Below, piece by piece: positions 14,890 to 29,900 of a stretch of DNA of 64,000 nt. Both the position numbers and the translations under genes were made by a program. Origin of the DNA: Eledone cirrhosa (lineage: Eukaryota); NCBI GenBank assembly GCA_964016885.1, contig OZ024742.1, positions 363,258,001 to 363,322,000 of the forward strand. Direction: 5' to 3'. The notes below the pieces were generated by a model. That model was not told the DNA's origin and made no database searches. It saw only the letters and a list, made by a program, of their open reading frames with translations. Each line of letters starts with the position of its first letter. The first letter of the stretch is position 1.

Positions 14890-15790
14890 ATATGCTCTAT
14901 GAATGGAATTGCCTGCTTGCGAAGTCAATGTGTATGTGGCTAAACATGCCACAGACACGTGTACCTTTAACGCAATTAACGTGGAGAGCCAGAGTAATAC
15001 AATGTGTGCCAAAGGTATCACTTTAATATATATGGAAGGTTAACGAAATAAAATCAATTAAAGCTGTCAGTATTATCGGCTCTCCAATAAGCGCCTACCC
15101 CCTTATTAAATTTTCAGATTTTTTTTTCAAACACCCACCCGCTCTTATTTCAACCATTCTTGCTTATAAAATTTTGCTAATTTATCTCCGGCGAAGTTTT
15201 ATTTTAAGTGACGGCATTCCTGCAACAATGTTTCTAGACATTAAAAAAAATAACATTATACATGATAAAAAAAAGAACATAACTAGAAATCCCATGTTAT
15301 AAAATAAATAGGATGGGTTGGGGTCTCAATAGGTAAACTAAATTACTAATTCTGGTGTTTAAAACAATCAACAGAGACAACCTAGAAAAATTACCGGTTT
15401 TCCAACCACCCCGCTTACACACTGCTATTATTTTGAACCCGAGAATGCCCTAGTATTTAACAGACACGAGGACTTTAGCGTAATTTTCAGGGAGATTCAT
15501 CGTGTCACAGCATTTGTGAAATATAGGTAGAGTCCACAAAATAAGATATTTATTAAAGTAACATGAAAGTACCTGATTATTCCACAGACACGTGTACAGT
15601 ACCAATAATTATCTGTGGTTCAACACGACAGAATGTGTGACAATTGCAGCCACTTGAAATACAGATGCAGACCAGTAGAAGGTTTTTCTAATAGTTTCCA
15701 TCTAACAATCTTTTCACAAGACATTTAAGTGAGACCTACTGAAGACGCTAGACAGTGGGACAAACCCATAACCTAATAATTGTCAATAAT
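14890..15790. mobile_element. Old fragments of a second SINE family (B)
   Basis: CCACAGACACGTGTAC.. and GGGAGATTCA.CGTG.CACAG motifs at ~14950, 15460-15520 and 15580-15660. Related copies at ~3290-3335, 47830-47960 and 55880-56000. Confidence 0.6.
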
Positions 15791-16331
15791 TCCGGCCTCT
15801 AAACAAATATATATGTATAGTCGTTGAGCACCATCGAGGCTATCAGATGGTACCTTTCCAAAAAAGAGATGCCTGCAACCTCATGCCTCATAGCCATCCA
15901 CCACATGTGATAGTATGGACATTTCCCCCACCTGTAGTCAGATCACTCTTCAAGGGCCTTATTCTCATTCGACGCCCGCTGCTGCAGGTTGGATGAGGCC
16001 CCTCAGCAGGCCCCACTCCTGAGGCTCGATGTCATCTTATATGATGCAGAGGGGCTTACACGGGACTGCCACCTTTGGAGGGAATGTATGTCCCCAGTCT
16101 CATCGAGCAATTGCAACAAGAAAAGTGTTAACTATTTATTTTAGTGCCAGTGATTGGCTCTCACTTAAAATGACATTTATAATAACCAACTCTTGCTGGC
16201 TTCTGGAAACACCCTGTACGTGGGAAGGTATATTCTAGTGGGCCATAACACAAAATATTTACCTCTATGTTTAGAGAGAGAGAGAAAGAGAAAAAGAGAG
16301 AGAGAGATAGAGAGAGAGAGCGTAAGAGAGA

Positions 16332-16396
<65 letters not shown>

Positions 16397-16401
<5 letters not shown>

Positions 16402-16808
16402 TAAAAAGAAAAGAAAATGCTGACAAATTTTTCCCAGTGAAAAATAGTTTAATTAGGAATAAGTATAAATTAGTAATAAGTATTAGTTAGTATTCAGTTT
16501 TAGTTGGCGCGAAATTTATAGTGCTTATTCACGTGACATTCAACAACCAACCAAATCTTAATACCTCTGGAGCCACTTTTTTCCACATAAAACGGGAAGA
16601 ATTTCCAAAACTGATCAGATTAGAGCAAACATCACGAGCGTTCTATCTCAAAATTATTTTTGAAAAGCATTAGAAATGCGCAACCGGTAAAAACTTAAAA
16701 CTAAAACTGAATACTAACTAATACTTATTACTAATTTATACTTATTCCTAATTAAACTATTTTTCACTGGGAAAAATTTGTCAGCATTTTCTTTTCCTTT
16801 TACTAATA
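16397..16808. repeat. Fold-back element, ~110-bp arms, ~190-bp spacer, in (TA)n context
   Basis: 16397-16505 is the reverse complement of ~16698-16808. Confidence 0.9.
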
Positions 16809-16842
16809 TATCACAACTCGTGTGTTACACCCCTATTTTTTT

Positions 16843-17035
<193 letters not shown>

Positions 17036-17169
17036 GGATACTTAGTAAAATCGAATCTCTGGCGGTGTGCTACTGGTTAATTATTTGTGTTTGTTTAATA
17101 ACATCTGGTTGAGAGCTTATACTCATGGTTAGCGGAAATTATAATATTTCCTTTGTCTAACATTTTGAA

Positions 17170-17355
17170 TGACCCGCCGGAAACCGGGGGTTATTTCTCT
17201 TGCTGAAAATAACACGTGACAACTAAATATGCGATACGCTGCAGCTAGCGGCAACATTTAGCTTCTCGCCCCGTTCTTTGGTAGAACGAAAACCGGTTGA
17301 TGAACTGAATCCTCTGTTCGATCATGACTACCACGAGCTTGCCAGTTACGTAAGT
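17170..17355 (+). other. CpG-enriched non-repetitive island ending in a consensus splice donor; candidate promoter/first exon or internal exon
   Basis: CCGGAA (17177), CACGTG (17213), many CpGs, ATG at 17324, donor AC|GTAAGT at 17350. Confidence 0.3.
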
Positions 17356-17513
17356 GTGATATTTGATTTCGGATTCATAGAAACACTTTAAACGTATACC
17401 GTTTGATTTGTCCAGGTGTATTTTTCTCGACCTGTTAGATCTTTCGTTACTTTGCTATATTGTGTGTTAGATTTTTGCCTACCACAATGTTCAATGTGTC
17501 AAGCTATTTAAAC

Positions 17514-17625
<112 letters not shown>

Positions 17626-17795
17626 CACGTCTCTATATTTGAGAAAGTATTCCAAGAAATTTCGATTTTGTATAGATTTAAACTTCTGGAGATGAAATGT
17701 GTTATTTGAAATATATATATTCTATTACTAGTGGCTTTCTTAACTTTTATTATATACACATACGCATAAATCTAGATGCACACACACACGCACAT

Positions 17796-17887
<92 letters not shown>

Positions 17888-18367
17888 GCACGCACATACA
17901 TACACACACACACTCACACGCGCACTCCAATGTGCGTGTGAGTGTCGATATTATCCCTTTCCAAACTTCGCTATATATCATATCTTTATACTAAGCATTA
18001 CTTTAAATGGTTTACTGGGCACGAATCCAAAGATAAAGGGAAAAAAGTAAAAGAAAACGAGGTGTGTTTGAATTATCAATATTTCAGAATGTATTCCTTT
18101 TATAGTGTCATATGGATCGAAATAGCTTCAGATTTGTTACAAAATTACGTTAATATTGATTGCTGTGAGGTTTATTCTGCAAATCTAGCATGCACTTATA
18201 TTTAGGGTATCGAAGCTTTGAAGTCTCATTCAATTATTTTGTATTATTTCGTAAAGTGCTGAAGTATCTGGATATACTAAATTATAACATCCTTTCTGAT
18301 TGCAATGTTATAAGGTATAACAGAGTAGGTGTGGGCAAGACCTTACCGAAAAGATGCGGATATTGCA

Positions 18368-18610
<243 letters not shown>

Positions 18611-18783
18611 TACATATACACAATATATATAATATACGTACATTATATATTAACTTTGCTTTTCATCCTTACGGGGTCGATAAAATAAAGTACCACTAAT
18701 GCACTGGGTAATTGCTGGCCTTGTGCCAAAAGTAGAACCAATTATATATATATAAATACATTTATATAATACACATATATATA

Positions 18784-18830
<47 letters not shown>

Positions 18831-18885
18831 CGTTTCTGAATTTGTTTAGCAAGATTCTTTATCTGAAATCGTGTGTTGAAACCGA

Positions 18886-19510
18886 TATTGTTATACTTTG
18901 GGAGGGTCATGTTGCCAATAAGAAACACACGCACCAGTTGCTTTCACTTCAATTTATTATAATAAATTTAGGAATTTAGGAATTTATAAGTTTCTGGTTG
19001 GTTGGTTGGGTCCACAACCAGATAGTTGTTTATATATTGTCAAAGTTCTTTCGTCACACATTCTGTGACCTCTTCAGTGACTGGGGATTCTTTTCTTTGT
19101 TTTTGTGTCTCTCATTTGTTCTGTCCTACGCCATTTTGTTTATGTGTGTGTGTTGTGTGCTCAGTCAGCGCATGCGTCACATCCGGGTGTCTGTGTGTGT
19201 TTATATTTGTTTAATTATTTGTTTATTTACATGTTACCGGTTGGTTGTTTGTTCTATGTGTGTGTGTGTTTTCATTTTGTCCTTAATTGTAAGTTGTGAT
19301 GTTGCTGTTCCACTCATTGAAGAGGTCACATAATGTGTGACGAAAGAACTTTGACAATATATAAACAACTATCTGGTTGGGGAACCAACCAACCAACCAG
19401 ATATTTATAAATTCCTAAATTTATAAATTTATTATAATAAATTGAAGTGAAAGCAACTGGTGCGTGTGTTTCTTATTGGCAACATGACCCTCCCAAAGTA
19501 TAACAATATA
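18886..19510. mobile_element. Fold-back PLE remnant (~195-bp arms) carrying a minimal hammerhead core
   Basis: 18886-19080 is inverted at ~19314-19510. Minus strand reads gtca-CTGAAGA-g-gtcaca..tgtgac-GAAA-gaac-tt-tgac. Confidence 0.8.
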
Positions 19511-19609
19511 TATATATATATATAGTAATAATAATAAATTTGAAGACCAAAATCCAAAGAGGGCTCGATAAGGATGAATATATATCAAATATATAAGAAC
19601 CGTAGAGCA

Positions 19610-19742
19610 AATATTTATTAAAATAACAGATTAAAGTTTAAGCAAAAAATCGCTGCTTTCACACTTAACAGATCTTCAGAAGATCCCGCTAAGGGTGAAA
19701 GCAGCGATTCTTTGCTTAAACTTTAATCTGTTATTTTAATAA

Positions 19743-19748
<6 letters not shown>
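19610..19748. repeat. ~140-bp hairpin centred on ATCTTCAGAAGAT
   Basis: AATAACAGATTAAAGTTTAAGCAAA.. pairs with ..TTTGCTTAAACTTTAATCTGTTATT. Related copy at ~25391-25480. Confidence 0.85.
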
Positions 19749-19840
<92 letters not shown>

Positions 19841-19910
19841 AAAAGTATGACCCCGACGGCAGAGCTCAAGCCGTTTCGACGGCTATATCTGGACAATATA
19901 TAAGCAGAAC

Positions 19911-20015
<105 letters not shown>

Positions 20016-20102
20016 CAGAAGGGATATTCAACTTGTTGTAATTCATCAAATATAAATGTTTAGAACTGATTCAGAGCAGTCAACATATTTTCTGGAGTAT
20101 AA

Positions 20103-22283
20103 TATACAATGATATAAAATAGATGGAAACTATATTTATAAAACCATATTTATTCTATTATATATATTTCAAGGGTACCAATATTTTGGTACGCTATCAT
20201 CAGATAAAATACGAAGAGTGTTTTATAAATTTTGACAGAACCAGGATAATATACCTTAACGGTTCAAGTTATCCCTGGATAGTGAAGGGAAGAGAAATAA
20301 AGTCAGATATTTCAAATTATTAAGATGAGTATGCAAATGAGGTTTATGTAAAAGGGCTGAAAATAAAACGTTATTTTAGACGCTATGGAAAATTTAAATA
20401 ATTATGATAAGTTATTGTATGCGTAGGAAAGAAGAGAAAAGAAGAAGGGCTAGCATTTACGTTAATTTGGGGGAAAAGATTTATTTACCTATATTATGAG
20501 TTATAATATTGTATATATAATCAATTAGATTATATGAAGATTTATGGTTGTAAGTATTTTTATCTTATTACATTAGGATAGGTTATATGTATATCAATAT
20601 CTATATATATATATTAATAAATTGCGTATGTATTAGTTGTTTATATATCAAATATGAGTTACAAAGGTTGTTGAATTTGTATTTTACTTAAAAAATAGGT
20701 GGTTCAAATTGTGAGAGTAGAAAAACAACATTTAAAGAACGCTGGAATAACCATAATCATACACTTAGGAGATCTGATAAAAAATCTTCTACTTCACTTT
20801 CACATCTAATATGGGTTTTAAAAGACAACAATACAGAATATTTAATATCTTGGAGAACGATTTCGAAAGCACCTGCATACTGAAATACGGCTTTATCAAG
20901 ATTCTGTAAATAGTGCATCGAAGACATTTTTTATATAATTAACTCTCAAAACCCTTTTAATCCCAGAACAGAATTATTTTCTTCTTGCAAACATCGCCAA
21001 AACTCCACGTTCAGAACTATTTTTAATTCATAATATCCCTATAAACCTTCCAAATGATCCTATTTAAAAAAAATTTAAATGTAAATTTTTTAATATTTTT
21101 AATATTTTTAATATTTTTAATATTTTTCATATTTTTCATATTTTTAATATTTTTAATATTTTAAAATATTTTTTAATATTTTTAATATGTTTAATATTTC
21201 AAAATGTTTTAAATACCTCTAATATTTATAACATATATATTTAGTATTTTAATTTCTTACATTATTCTAATTCTGACATTATTTTTAATTCCGACATTAT
21301 AAATATATTTTTAGATGTAGATTGATAATCTTTAAATGACATTCTGAAAAGTTATGCTCTTTACGATAGTTCTTCGAAAAACACATTACATTTTTCCTCT
21401 CTCTTTTTGTTATTCAAACATACACACATCTTTCGACTAAAATAATGGATCTCACACAAAATAATATATAATTTTTCTCTAATTTAATGGTTAACAAACA
21501 AAATTGGAGTTATCTTTCCTTTCTCAATCGTGCAAACATAAACAATTTTCTCAATCGTGCAAACAAGCATTTTACGATTGATAATCTGCATGACTTCGCT
21601 AAATTAACAATATTCTGAAAACATCCTCAATGTTGAACAACATTTTTGAATCCACAAATTGTTCTACTCTCACAATTTGAACCACCTATTTTTTAAGTAA
21701 AATACAAATTCAACAACCTTCGTAACTCATATTTGATATATAAACAACTAATACATACGCAATTTATTAATATATATATATAGATATTGATATACATATA
21801 ACCTATCCTAATGTAATAAGATAAAAATACTTACAACCACAATTCTTCATATAATCTAATTGATTATATATACAATATTATAACTCATAATATAGGTAAA
21901 TAAATCTTTTCCCCCAAATTAACGTAAATGCTAGCCCTTCTTCCTTTCTCTTCTTTCCTACGCATACAATAACTTATCATAACTATTTAAATTTTCCATA
22001 GCGTCTAAAATAACATTTTTTTTTCAGCCCTTTTACATAAACCTCATTTGCATACTCATCTTAATAATTTGAAATATCTGACTTTATTTCTCTTCCCTTC
22101 ACTATCCAGGGATAACTTGAACCGTTAAGGTATATTATCCTTGGTTATGTAAACATTTTAAAAATTCACTTCGTATTTTATCTGATGATAGCGTACCAAA
22201 ATTGTTGGTACCCTTGAAATATATATAATAGAATAAATATGGTTTTATAAATATAGTTTCCATTTATTTAATATCATTGTATA
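20103..22283 (+). mobile_element. Second truncated Penelope-like element with ~630-bp inverted arms and GIY-YIG C-terminal remnant
   Basis: 20103-20725 is inverted at ~21657-22283. The spacer reads WVLKDNNTEYLISWRTISKAPAY*..FCK*CIED (~20812-20925). Hammerhead core CTGATGA (22182)..GAAA (22216). Confidence 0.8.
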
Positions 22284-22506
22284 TATATATATATATATAT
22301 ACATGTTCGTTTTTTATATATAGATATAATATTGTGCATACTATCTCAATGTGTGAGACGTTAGTGTAGAGTTACTGAACAACATATTTGCATTAGCCAA
22401 AAGTTGTGTAACATTTGAAACCGAATTACTCCGGAAATACTATATATGAGAGTCGTGATATTCTTAATATCAGACAGATTTACACACACGCACACGCACA
22501 CACACA

Positions 22507-22601
<95 letters not shown>

Positions 22602-22667
22602 ACACACATTTATATATGTATGTGTGTGTATATATAATATACATATATATGTATATAAATATATATT

Positions 22668-22715
<48 letters not shown>

Positions 22716-22837
22716 CGTTGACAAATATATCTATGTGCACATACACGCAGATGTGTCGCCCTTGGTATGACAGTGTGGTTTTAGCTCAATGTAGGATAAC
22801 TAGTATACTACAGAGACGTTATAATTTAAGGAATAAC

Positions 22838-24893
22838 AAAAGAGTGCTTAGAAATACATTGTTTTATTAGTTAACAGTGTTTAATCCATACCCTATGGCA
22901 GGAATCATCAGAGCCTATAAACAAGAATATATCAAAGGTTGCAGGCTCCATCAAGCTCAGTCACCAGGACAAGGTTAAAGGACCAGTAGGGGGATCCCAA
23001 GGCCAGCGCTATATAGAAAAACACACAATACATGACGCACATGTCATAAAATGTCATACAATTTACATCAAAAATTTATCACATAAATGGTGAAACAGAT
23101 GATAAGGAGGTTGGGAGAGGATAGCAAGAAACGAGTGAGGGTGTTACTCAGCATGATAAAAAACAACAAGAAAACAAAGAAACTAAAAAAAACAAAAAAA
23201 CAAAGCAAAACAAAGCATAGATATATCAATTCACAAGCAGTGCAATTACAGGATGTACGGGCAGAGTTTGAGAGCTTGCAAACATGAGTCCGTGGGAAGA
23301 ATAGTTGGTTAGCGGTGGTGCAGCCTTACATGTATGATTGTCTATAGGAAGGATGGTGCACTCCAGTTATATCGCCTTGTAACAGGTCGATTTCTCCATA
23401 TCATACCAGCACCCTACTAACAACATCCATTGGTTCCAGTTCCAAGCGTTAGGCGATATAATACTGTTTCCAAAACATATACCCAGAGGATTTCTCCGCA
23501 TAGGCAGTCTGCAACAAACACCTTAAATCTAAAATAAAGTAAAGTACGATGAGTTGAAGTAAAGTAGGTTATATGTACAGCCGGCACACCACTGAGGAAA
23601 TTGTAAATAAGACAGGTCCTCAATAACTGCTATCTCCAAAAGTCCTCACGTTGGGTCACTCAACCCAACGTTCCAAGTGAAATTCACTGTATAGCCGAGT
23701 CGGCATCGAACTAAAGTGTCATACCATATGCAATTATACCACAGTAAATGTAAATCGTGATGGCTAGTCCGTCACGTAGACAGAAAGTGTATATAGATAA
23801 TCTCCGCTTACGGAATTACCTATGGCAGAGTGAAGGAAAAGCAGATATGGTTACATTAATAAGCGGGTTTATTAGAGTGAGTGCAAATTTCTGCAGAATA
23901 TATAGTAAACTCACGGCTAAAACTGTTAGTGACAACTATGCTTACATGTCCGCCACGTGGTTTTCTTGTAGCTACTGAATCAGGAGGTTCTAATCCTTTC
24001 ACAGTCTCGTGTGACCCCTCCTGGGTCGGCTGGAAGTCAATATCTACTGTTGCACACTGCCTTGAGTGTGGTTCTATAATTCGTCATATTTGCAGCACAA
24101 TTCATATTCAACAATTTCAAAATTTCAAAGGTTAGCCTCTTACTACTAACACACAACGGTTGTCAGAATACAAACTCAGGAAGTCGTTCTATTTAGATTT
24201 AAGGTGTTTGTTGCAGAGTGCCTATGCGGAGAAATCCTCTGGGTATATGTTTTGGAAACAGTATTATATCGCCTAACGCTTGGAACTGGAACCAATGGAT
24301 GTTGTTAGTAGGGTGCTGGTATGATATGGAGAAATCGACCTGTTACAAGGCGATATAACTGGAGTGCACCATCCTTCCTATAGACAATCCTACATGTAAG
24401 GCTGCACCACCGCTAACCAACTATTCTTCCCACGGACTCATGTTTGCAAGCTCTCAAACTCTTCCCGTACATCCTGTATTTGCACTGCTTGTGAATTGAT
24501 ATATCTATGCTTTGCTTTGTTTTTTTTTTGTTTTTTTGTTTGTTTGTTTTCTTGTTGTTTTTTATCATGCTGAGTAACACCCTCACTCGTTTCTTGCTAT
24601 CCTCTCCCAACCTCCTTATCATCTGTTACACCATTTATGTGATAAATTTTAAATGTAATTTTTTATGACATTTTATGTCATTATGCGCGTCATGTATTAC
24701 GTGTTTTTCTATATAGCGCTGACATTGGGATCCCCCCCTCCCTAGTGGTCCTATAACCTTGTCCTGGTGACTGAGCTTGATGGAGCCTGCAACCTTTGTT
24801 ATATTCTTGTTCATAGGCTCTGATTATTCCTGCCATAGGGTATGGATGAAACACTGTTAGCTAATAAAACAATGTATTTCTAAGCACTCTTTT
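22838..24893. mobile_element. Fold-back element, ~700-bp arms, ~660-bp spacer, hammerhead-like motif near outer ends
   Basis: 22838-23533 is inverted at 24192-24893. The same family recurs at ~61930-62400. Confidence 0.85.
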
Positions 24894-24905
24894 GTTAGTC
24901 TATAA

Positions 24906-24946
<41 letters not shown>

Positions 24947-24990
24947 GAAAAGTATAGAAATTTTTGTGAGCGTGAAGCCAACAGTATTTC

Positions 24991-25042
<52 letters not shown>

Positions 25043-25089
25043 ACCAGGTTACGTATAAACTTGATGACATCATCAGGTGTATATTGCAT

Positions 25090-25159
<70 letters not shown>

Positions 25160-25339
25160 TAAGTTATTCCGGGTTGAATCAAAGGTAACCACAGTAAGTA
25201 AGGTACTCAACACATAGCAGAGTATAAAAGTTTTAATATAGATGAGATTCTACGGGACTAGAACTGTTTCATTCTTGAGAAATCATCAGATTCCTGATCA
25301 TTTCTAAAGAATGAAACAGTTCTAGTCCTGTAGAATCTC

Positions 25340-25345
<6 letters not shown>
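25160..25345. mobile_element. Short (TA)n-flanked hairpin element with hammerhead-like core
   Basis: ATGAGATTCTAC.GGACTAGAACTGTTTCATTC..GAATGAAACAGTTCTAGTCCTGTAGAATCTCAT. Family copies at ~29735-29860 (CTGATGA..GAAA intact) and ~32030-32205. Confidence 0.75.
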
Positions 25346-25395
<50 letters not shown>

Positions 25396-26076
25396 CAGAT
25401 TAAAGTTTAAGCAAAGAATCGCTGCTTTCACCCTTAACGGGATCTTCTCAATTTAGTCTTCAAATTTATTATTATTACTAAATATATATATATACACAGT
25501 TAAATTTGGTGATCCAACAGTAGGTAGAATTAGTCATTATCCAATGTTAATCGTCATGTAGTAGTAGGAGAGCACTCGACGTTACGAAACTCATCCATCT
25601 TTGATGTTGAATCCTGTTGGTGATGTGGGAATGGAGTTAAATATTATATTAGAGAGTAAAATGACAAGAGAGCGGTCAGGATGAATTCTTTCAATTATGT
25701 ATTTCTGCAAACACTATGGACATGTCTGCGACCAGGTTACGTATAAACTTGATGACATCATCAGGCGTATATTGCATACTAACTACATACCAAAGGAATG
25801 ATGGTAAACACATCCCAAGATGCTTTAAGGAATAGATTGTAGAGAAAAAATGTGCCTTTTTGTTTTTTACTCAAAGGCGTCGTTGTGGTCGGTGCATATA
25901 TATATATATTTATATGCACTGGCTACAACGATCGCATTTGCGTAAAAAACAAAAAGGCACATTTTTTCCTCTGCATTTTTTTACTTAACGCATCTTGGGA
26001 TGTGTTTACCATCATTCCTTTGGTATGTAGCTAGTATGCAATATACACCTGATGATGTCATCATGTTTATGCGTAT

Positions 26077-26129
26077 GCGATTCTTTCCTCCTGTTCATCG
26101 TAAACAGCCAAACAAATATACTTGTATAT

Positions 26130-26161
<32 letters not shown>

Positions 26162-27199
26162 CAAATTTAGAAGTTTACATACACATAAACTAGACAGAGC
26201 CATATATATATATATATATATATATATGTTTTAGGCAACCATTCACGGTGTGGCTTAATGACGAATTAATTAATTAAATAATCAACAATCAGAGCAATAT
26301 ATAAGAAAGTAAGTCAATAGAATCATTAGATAAAATATATACACTATTTCTTCTCCCAATCAGCATAATCAACCACATAAAAAATCAATTAAACGAGGCT
26401 ATAAGTTTAAAATATACCTATGAAGAAATAATAGATAAATAAATCGTAGCTTTTTATCCGCGATTCACAGCCACAGAAAATTTACCTAGTATTTCTGATA
26501 GCCTGTAGAAATTGACTAGACATACAGTTAACCATACATAATTAGGTACAAAATCAAAGTTAGCAGAAAAAGTGTACATAAATATACCAAAATCATCAAA
26601 TATATCTCTACCCCCGGAGTTTCATTCGCTTTTTGGAAATATCTGATCTTGGATAAATCAACGAGTTTCGAAATCACCAGGAGACAAACTCAATTGGTCA
26701 AAAATTTTTCTTAAATGATCCCCGCCAGAAACGAATTCAAAATGGCTAAGAATTGTCACGTGGCTAGTTGCCAAGTCAGAAAGCTTGTGATTGGTGTCTA
26801 TCGGGGAGTAGGCTGGTTGCCAGAACGCGCAGCCGAATACTTGATTTATCCAAGATCGGATATTTTCAAAAAGCGAATGAAACCTCCAGGGGTAGAGATA
26901 TATTTGATGATTTTGGTATATTTATGTACACTTTTTCTTCTAACTTTGATTTTGTACCTAATTATGTATGGTTGACTGTATGTCTAGTCAATTTCTACAG
27001 GCTATCAGAAATACTAGGTAAATTTTCTGTGGCTGTGAATCGCGGATAAAAAGCTATCATTTATTTATCTATTATTTCTTCATAAGTATATTTAAAACTT
27101 ATAGCCTCGTTTAATTGATTTTTTGTATGGTTGATTATGCTGATTGGTAGAAGAAATACTGTATATATTTTATCTAATGATTCTATGGACTTACTTTCT

Positions 27200-27259
<60 letters not shown>

Positions 27260-27306
27260 AAGTATATTTGTTTGGCTGTCGACGATGAACAGGAGGAAAG
27301 AATCGC
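26077..27306. repeat. Fold-back element: inner arms ~26300-26660 / 26841-27200, outer arms ~26077-26125 / 27258-27306
   Basis: Reverse-complement matches interrupted by (TA)n. An adjacent direct/inverted triplet lies at ~25040-25098, 25727-25825 and 25990-26065. Confidence 0.85.
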
Positions 27307-27359
27307 AGTACACGTGTTTGAGTTAATCTATATCAGTGCATTTTAGAATAATAATAATA

Positions 27360-27730
27360 ATAATGGATTGTGATTTAGGCACAAGGCCATGAATATTTGA
27401 GGAGGAGAAAATCGATTAAATCAACCACCTGTTACTGGTACTTTATTTTAGCGGCCCTAGAAGGACGAAATGCAAAGACATCCTCGGCGGGGTTTGAACA
27501 TAGAACGTAAACTCTATATTGCAAATGATATTGTCCGACGCTTTACCGATACTCCCAATCCACCACCCTAACAATATTGGTTTCAGATAAAGTTAGAAGA
27601 CCAATAAATAATGCCCTAGGTCGATTAAATCGCCACAGGGCATTTCTGGTGCTTTATTTATTGATTCCGTAAGGAGGAAAGTCACAAGCTAACGTCGGCG
27701 GTATTTGAAATCAGGACATACAGAACCGTA
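27360..27730 (-). mobile_element. Two tandem diverged SINE family A copies
   Basis: GGCACAAGGCC..ACTGGTACTTTATTT..CCTCGGCGG.TTTGAAC..CCAATCCACC, followed by a second decayed core. Confidence 0.7.
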
Positions 27731-28402
27731 AGTCTCTGCTGTATACAGTTAATCCTAATGATAATAATAAAATAAACAATAATATATTATATATTCAGAG
27801 GAAATTGCAGATTCTGTGGATGTTGACATGAGTTTGTATTGGAGCTGATTAACAGTATATTAAATAGGTATATATCATTTTTTCGCTAGGTTTTGTAGAA
27901 AATAATTAATACAACTTCACAATTTCCATTACAGATCATTTTCTTCTATTTCCCATCAAATTGCTAAATGCACTCAAATATTTTAAAACGGAGAAAAAAA
28001 AAATCATTTGAGAAACAAAAAAGAAATATGAATTTAACTCATGACTTTCAAATTATTTCTTATCAAATTATTGAAAGAAAATCTAATGTCAAATTTAATA
28101 GCAATTCTACAATAATTATATTATAAGGTAGAAAATAATACAAATAATATATATAGATATGATTTGACAATGAGATCAAGTGGATTTTTTTCCTTATATT
28201 TTCTATATTTTGAAAGAGAGGACAAGTTGGTGAAATGAAAATTAAAATGTGAAATTCAATGATGAGTAAATACTATCTAATAACATAATGTCGGCAGTGA
28301 TTTCATTTATTTTATTCTGCATTAAATAAATATATTTCCTTCACCATCTTAACATGCAAACAAAATAGAATTTTGTTTAAAATATAATAATATACAGTAC
28401 TA

Positions 28403-28451
<49 letters not shown>

Positions 28452-28555
28452 ACATATATATATATGTGTGTGTATGAAGACTGGCATCTTGTCGATCGAT
28501 ATATATATATTTCTATAGGTATATATAAATATCCACATGTATATGTATATATATG

Positions 28556-28615
<60 letters not shown>

Positions 28616-28644
28616 GAATTATGTATGTATGTATATATATATGT

Positions 28645-28930
28645 CAGGTCACCAGTTGGTGCTACTGGTAACATGTATCCCAGTACAACCTGTCTCATGG
28701 TTGGGTCGTTGGCGACTAAATTGGCAACCCCACCAAGGTTTCTTGGTGAGGAGGGTGACTTTGGACATCCTGCAGGACAAAAAACAAAACCTGTCAAAGG
28801 GCAAAGGAGCTTATAAGAGTCAATGGCCATCCAAAATCACCGGGAGAGATGACCCCTTAGCCTTTGTCAAGGCAGAATTCTAGGAGAAGGAAAACTCTGA
28901 TATAACACCTGCAACCCTGATGGTATCCAA
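28645..28930 (+). mobile_element. Possible LINE 5'-UTR or SINE fragment
   Basis: GC-richer block containing CTAGGAGAAGGAAAACTCTGA, a motif I associate with RTE-type 5' regions. No coding support. Confidence 0.35.
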
Positions 28931-29284
28931 TGATGTTGACTTGTTCTTCTTTTTGGTAAATATCATCTTGGTTAAGAGAGTGGGACTGGCTTTGTGCAGT
29001 GCCTTTGCTCACTATAATAGCTTCACGGCACAGGCATTGCTTTATATCTGGAGATCTCTCTGCACTTGTCGTCACAGGGTACCATGGGCCCAGCACTATG
29101 TGTCAATAATAGTCACAAGTGTAGTGTCTGTACCAGAGTTTTCAAGTCGCTGGCTGGACTAAAAAGTCACACTCGTTCAGCACATCGGTAGGAGTTCTCC
29201 TACATGGATATAAAGTAGTGGCCGTACTCGAAAACGAGTTGGCAGCCACCATATATATATGTGTATATCTGTGTATGCATCGAA

Positions 29285-29640
29285 GGGAAATGTGTCTGGA
29301 AGAAGCCTCATATCTTCCTAAGGACTAAGATCTGTCTATTCCGGACGCTGGTCCTACCTGTCCTCCTCTACTACGGTGAGACCTGGACCATCCTCAAACA
29401 ACACATGTATAAGCTGGAGATGTTCCAACAGCAATGTCTTCGTCACGTCCTTGCTGTTTCGCTATGCGACCTATTTGCAAATAGCAACATCCGAGAACAA
29501 TGCCAAGGTCATTCGACCAATGCTAAGGTCATCCGACTAAATCCGACAGCACAGGCAACAGTGGTCTAGTAACATCTATAAAATGAACACAAGTAAACTA
29601 CCACACCAACATTTATCCCAACAGCGTCCCATGCACTCGA
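29285..29640 (+). mobile_element. RTE-clade LINE fragment (RT C-terminal region)
   Basis: VWKKPHIFLRTKICLFRTLVLPVLLYYGETWT..KLEMFQQQCLRHVL matches the RTE TK..Y..VL..LLYG.ETWT..L..F..RCLR.IL motif. Confidence 0.85.
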
Positions 29641-29857
29641 GAATCAAGTACAGTGCACAGCAATGGCATGAGTGAAACAAATCCACTGGTAACTGAAGAC
29701 ACAGCACCTCGAGCACCTCTAATCAGGAGGGCTTTCCTGATGATTCTCCTCGAATGAAACAGTTCTAGTCCTGTAGAAGCTATTTCTATATTAGATATTG
29801 TATATACTCTACTATGTTTTAAATAGCTTACTGTGGTTACCACCGATTGAAGCCGGG

Positions 29858-29900
<43 letters not shown>
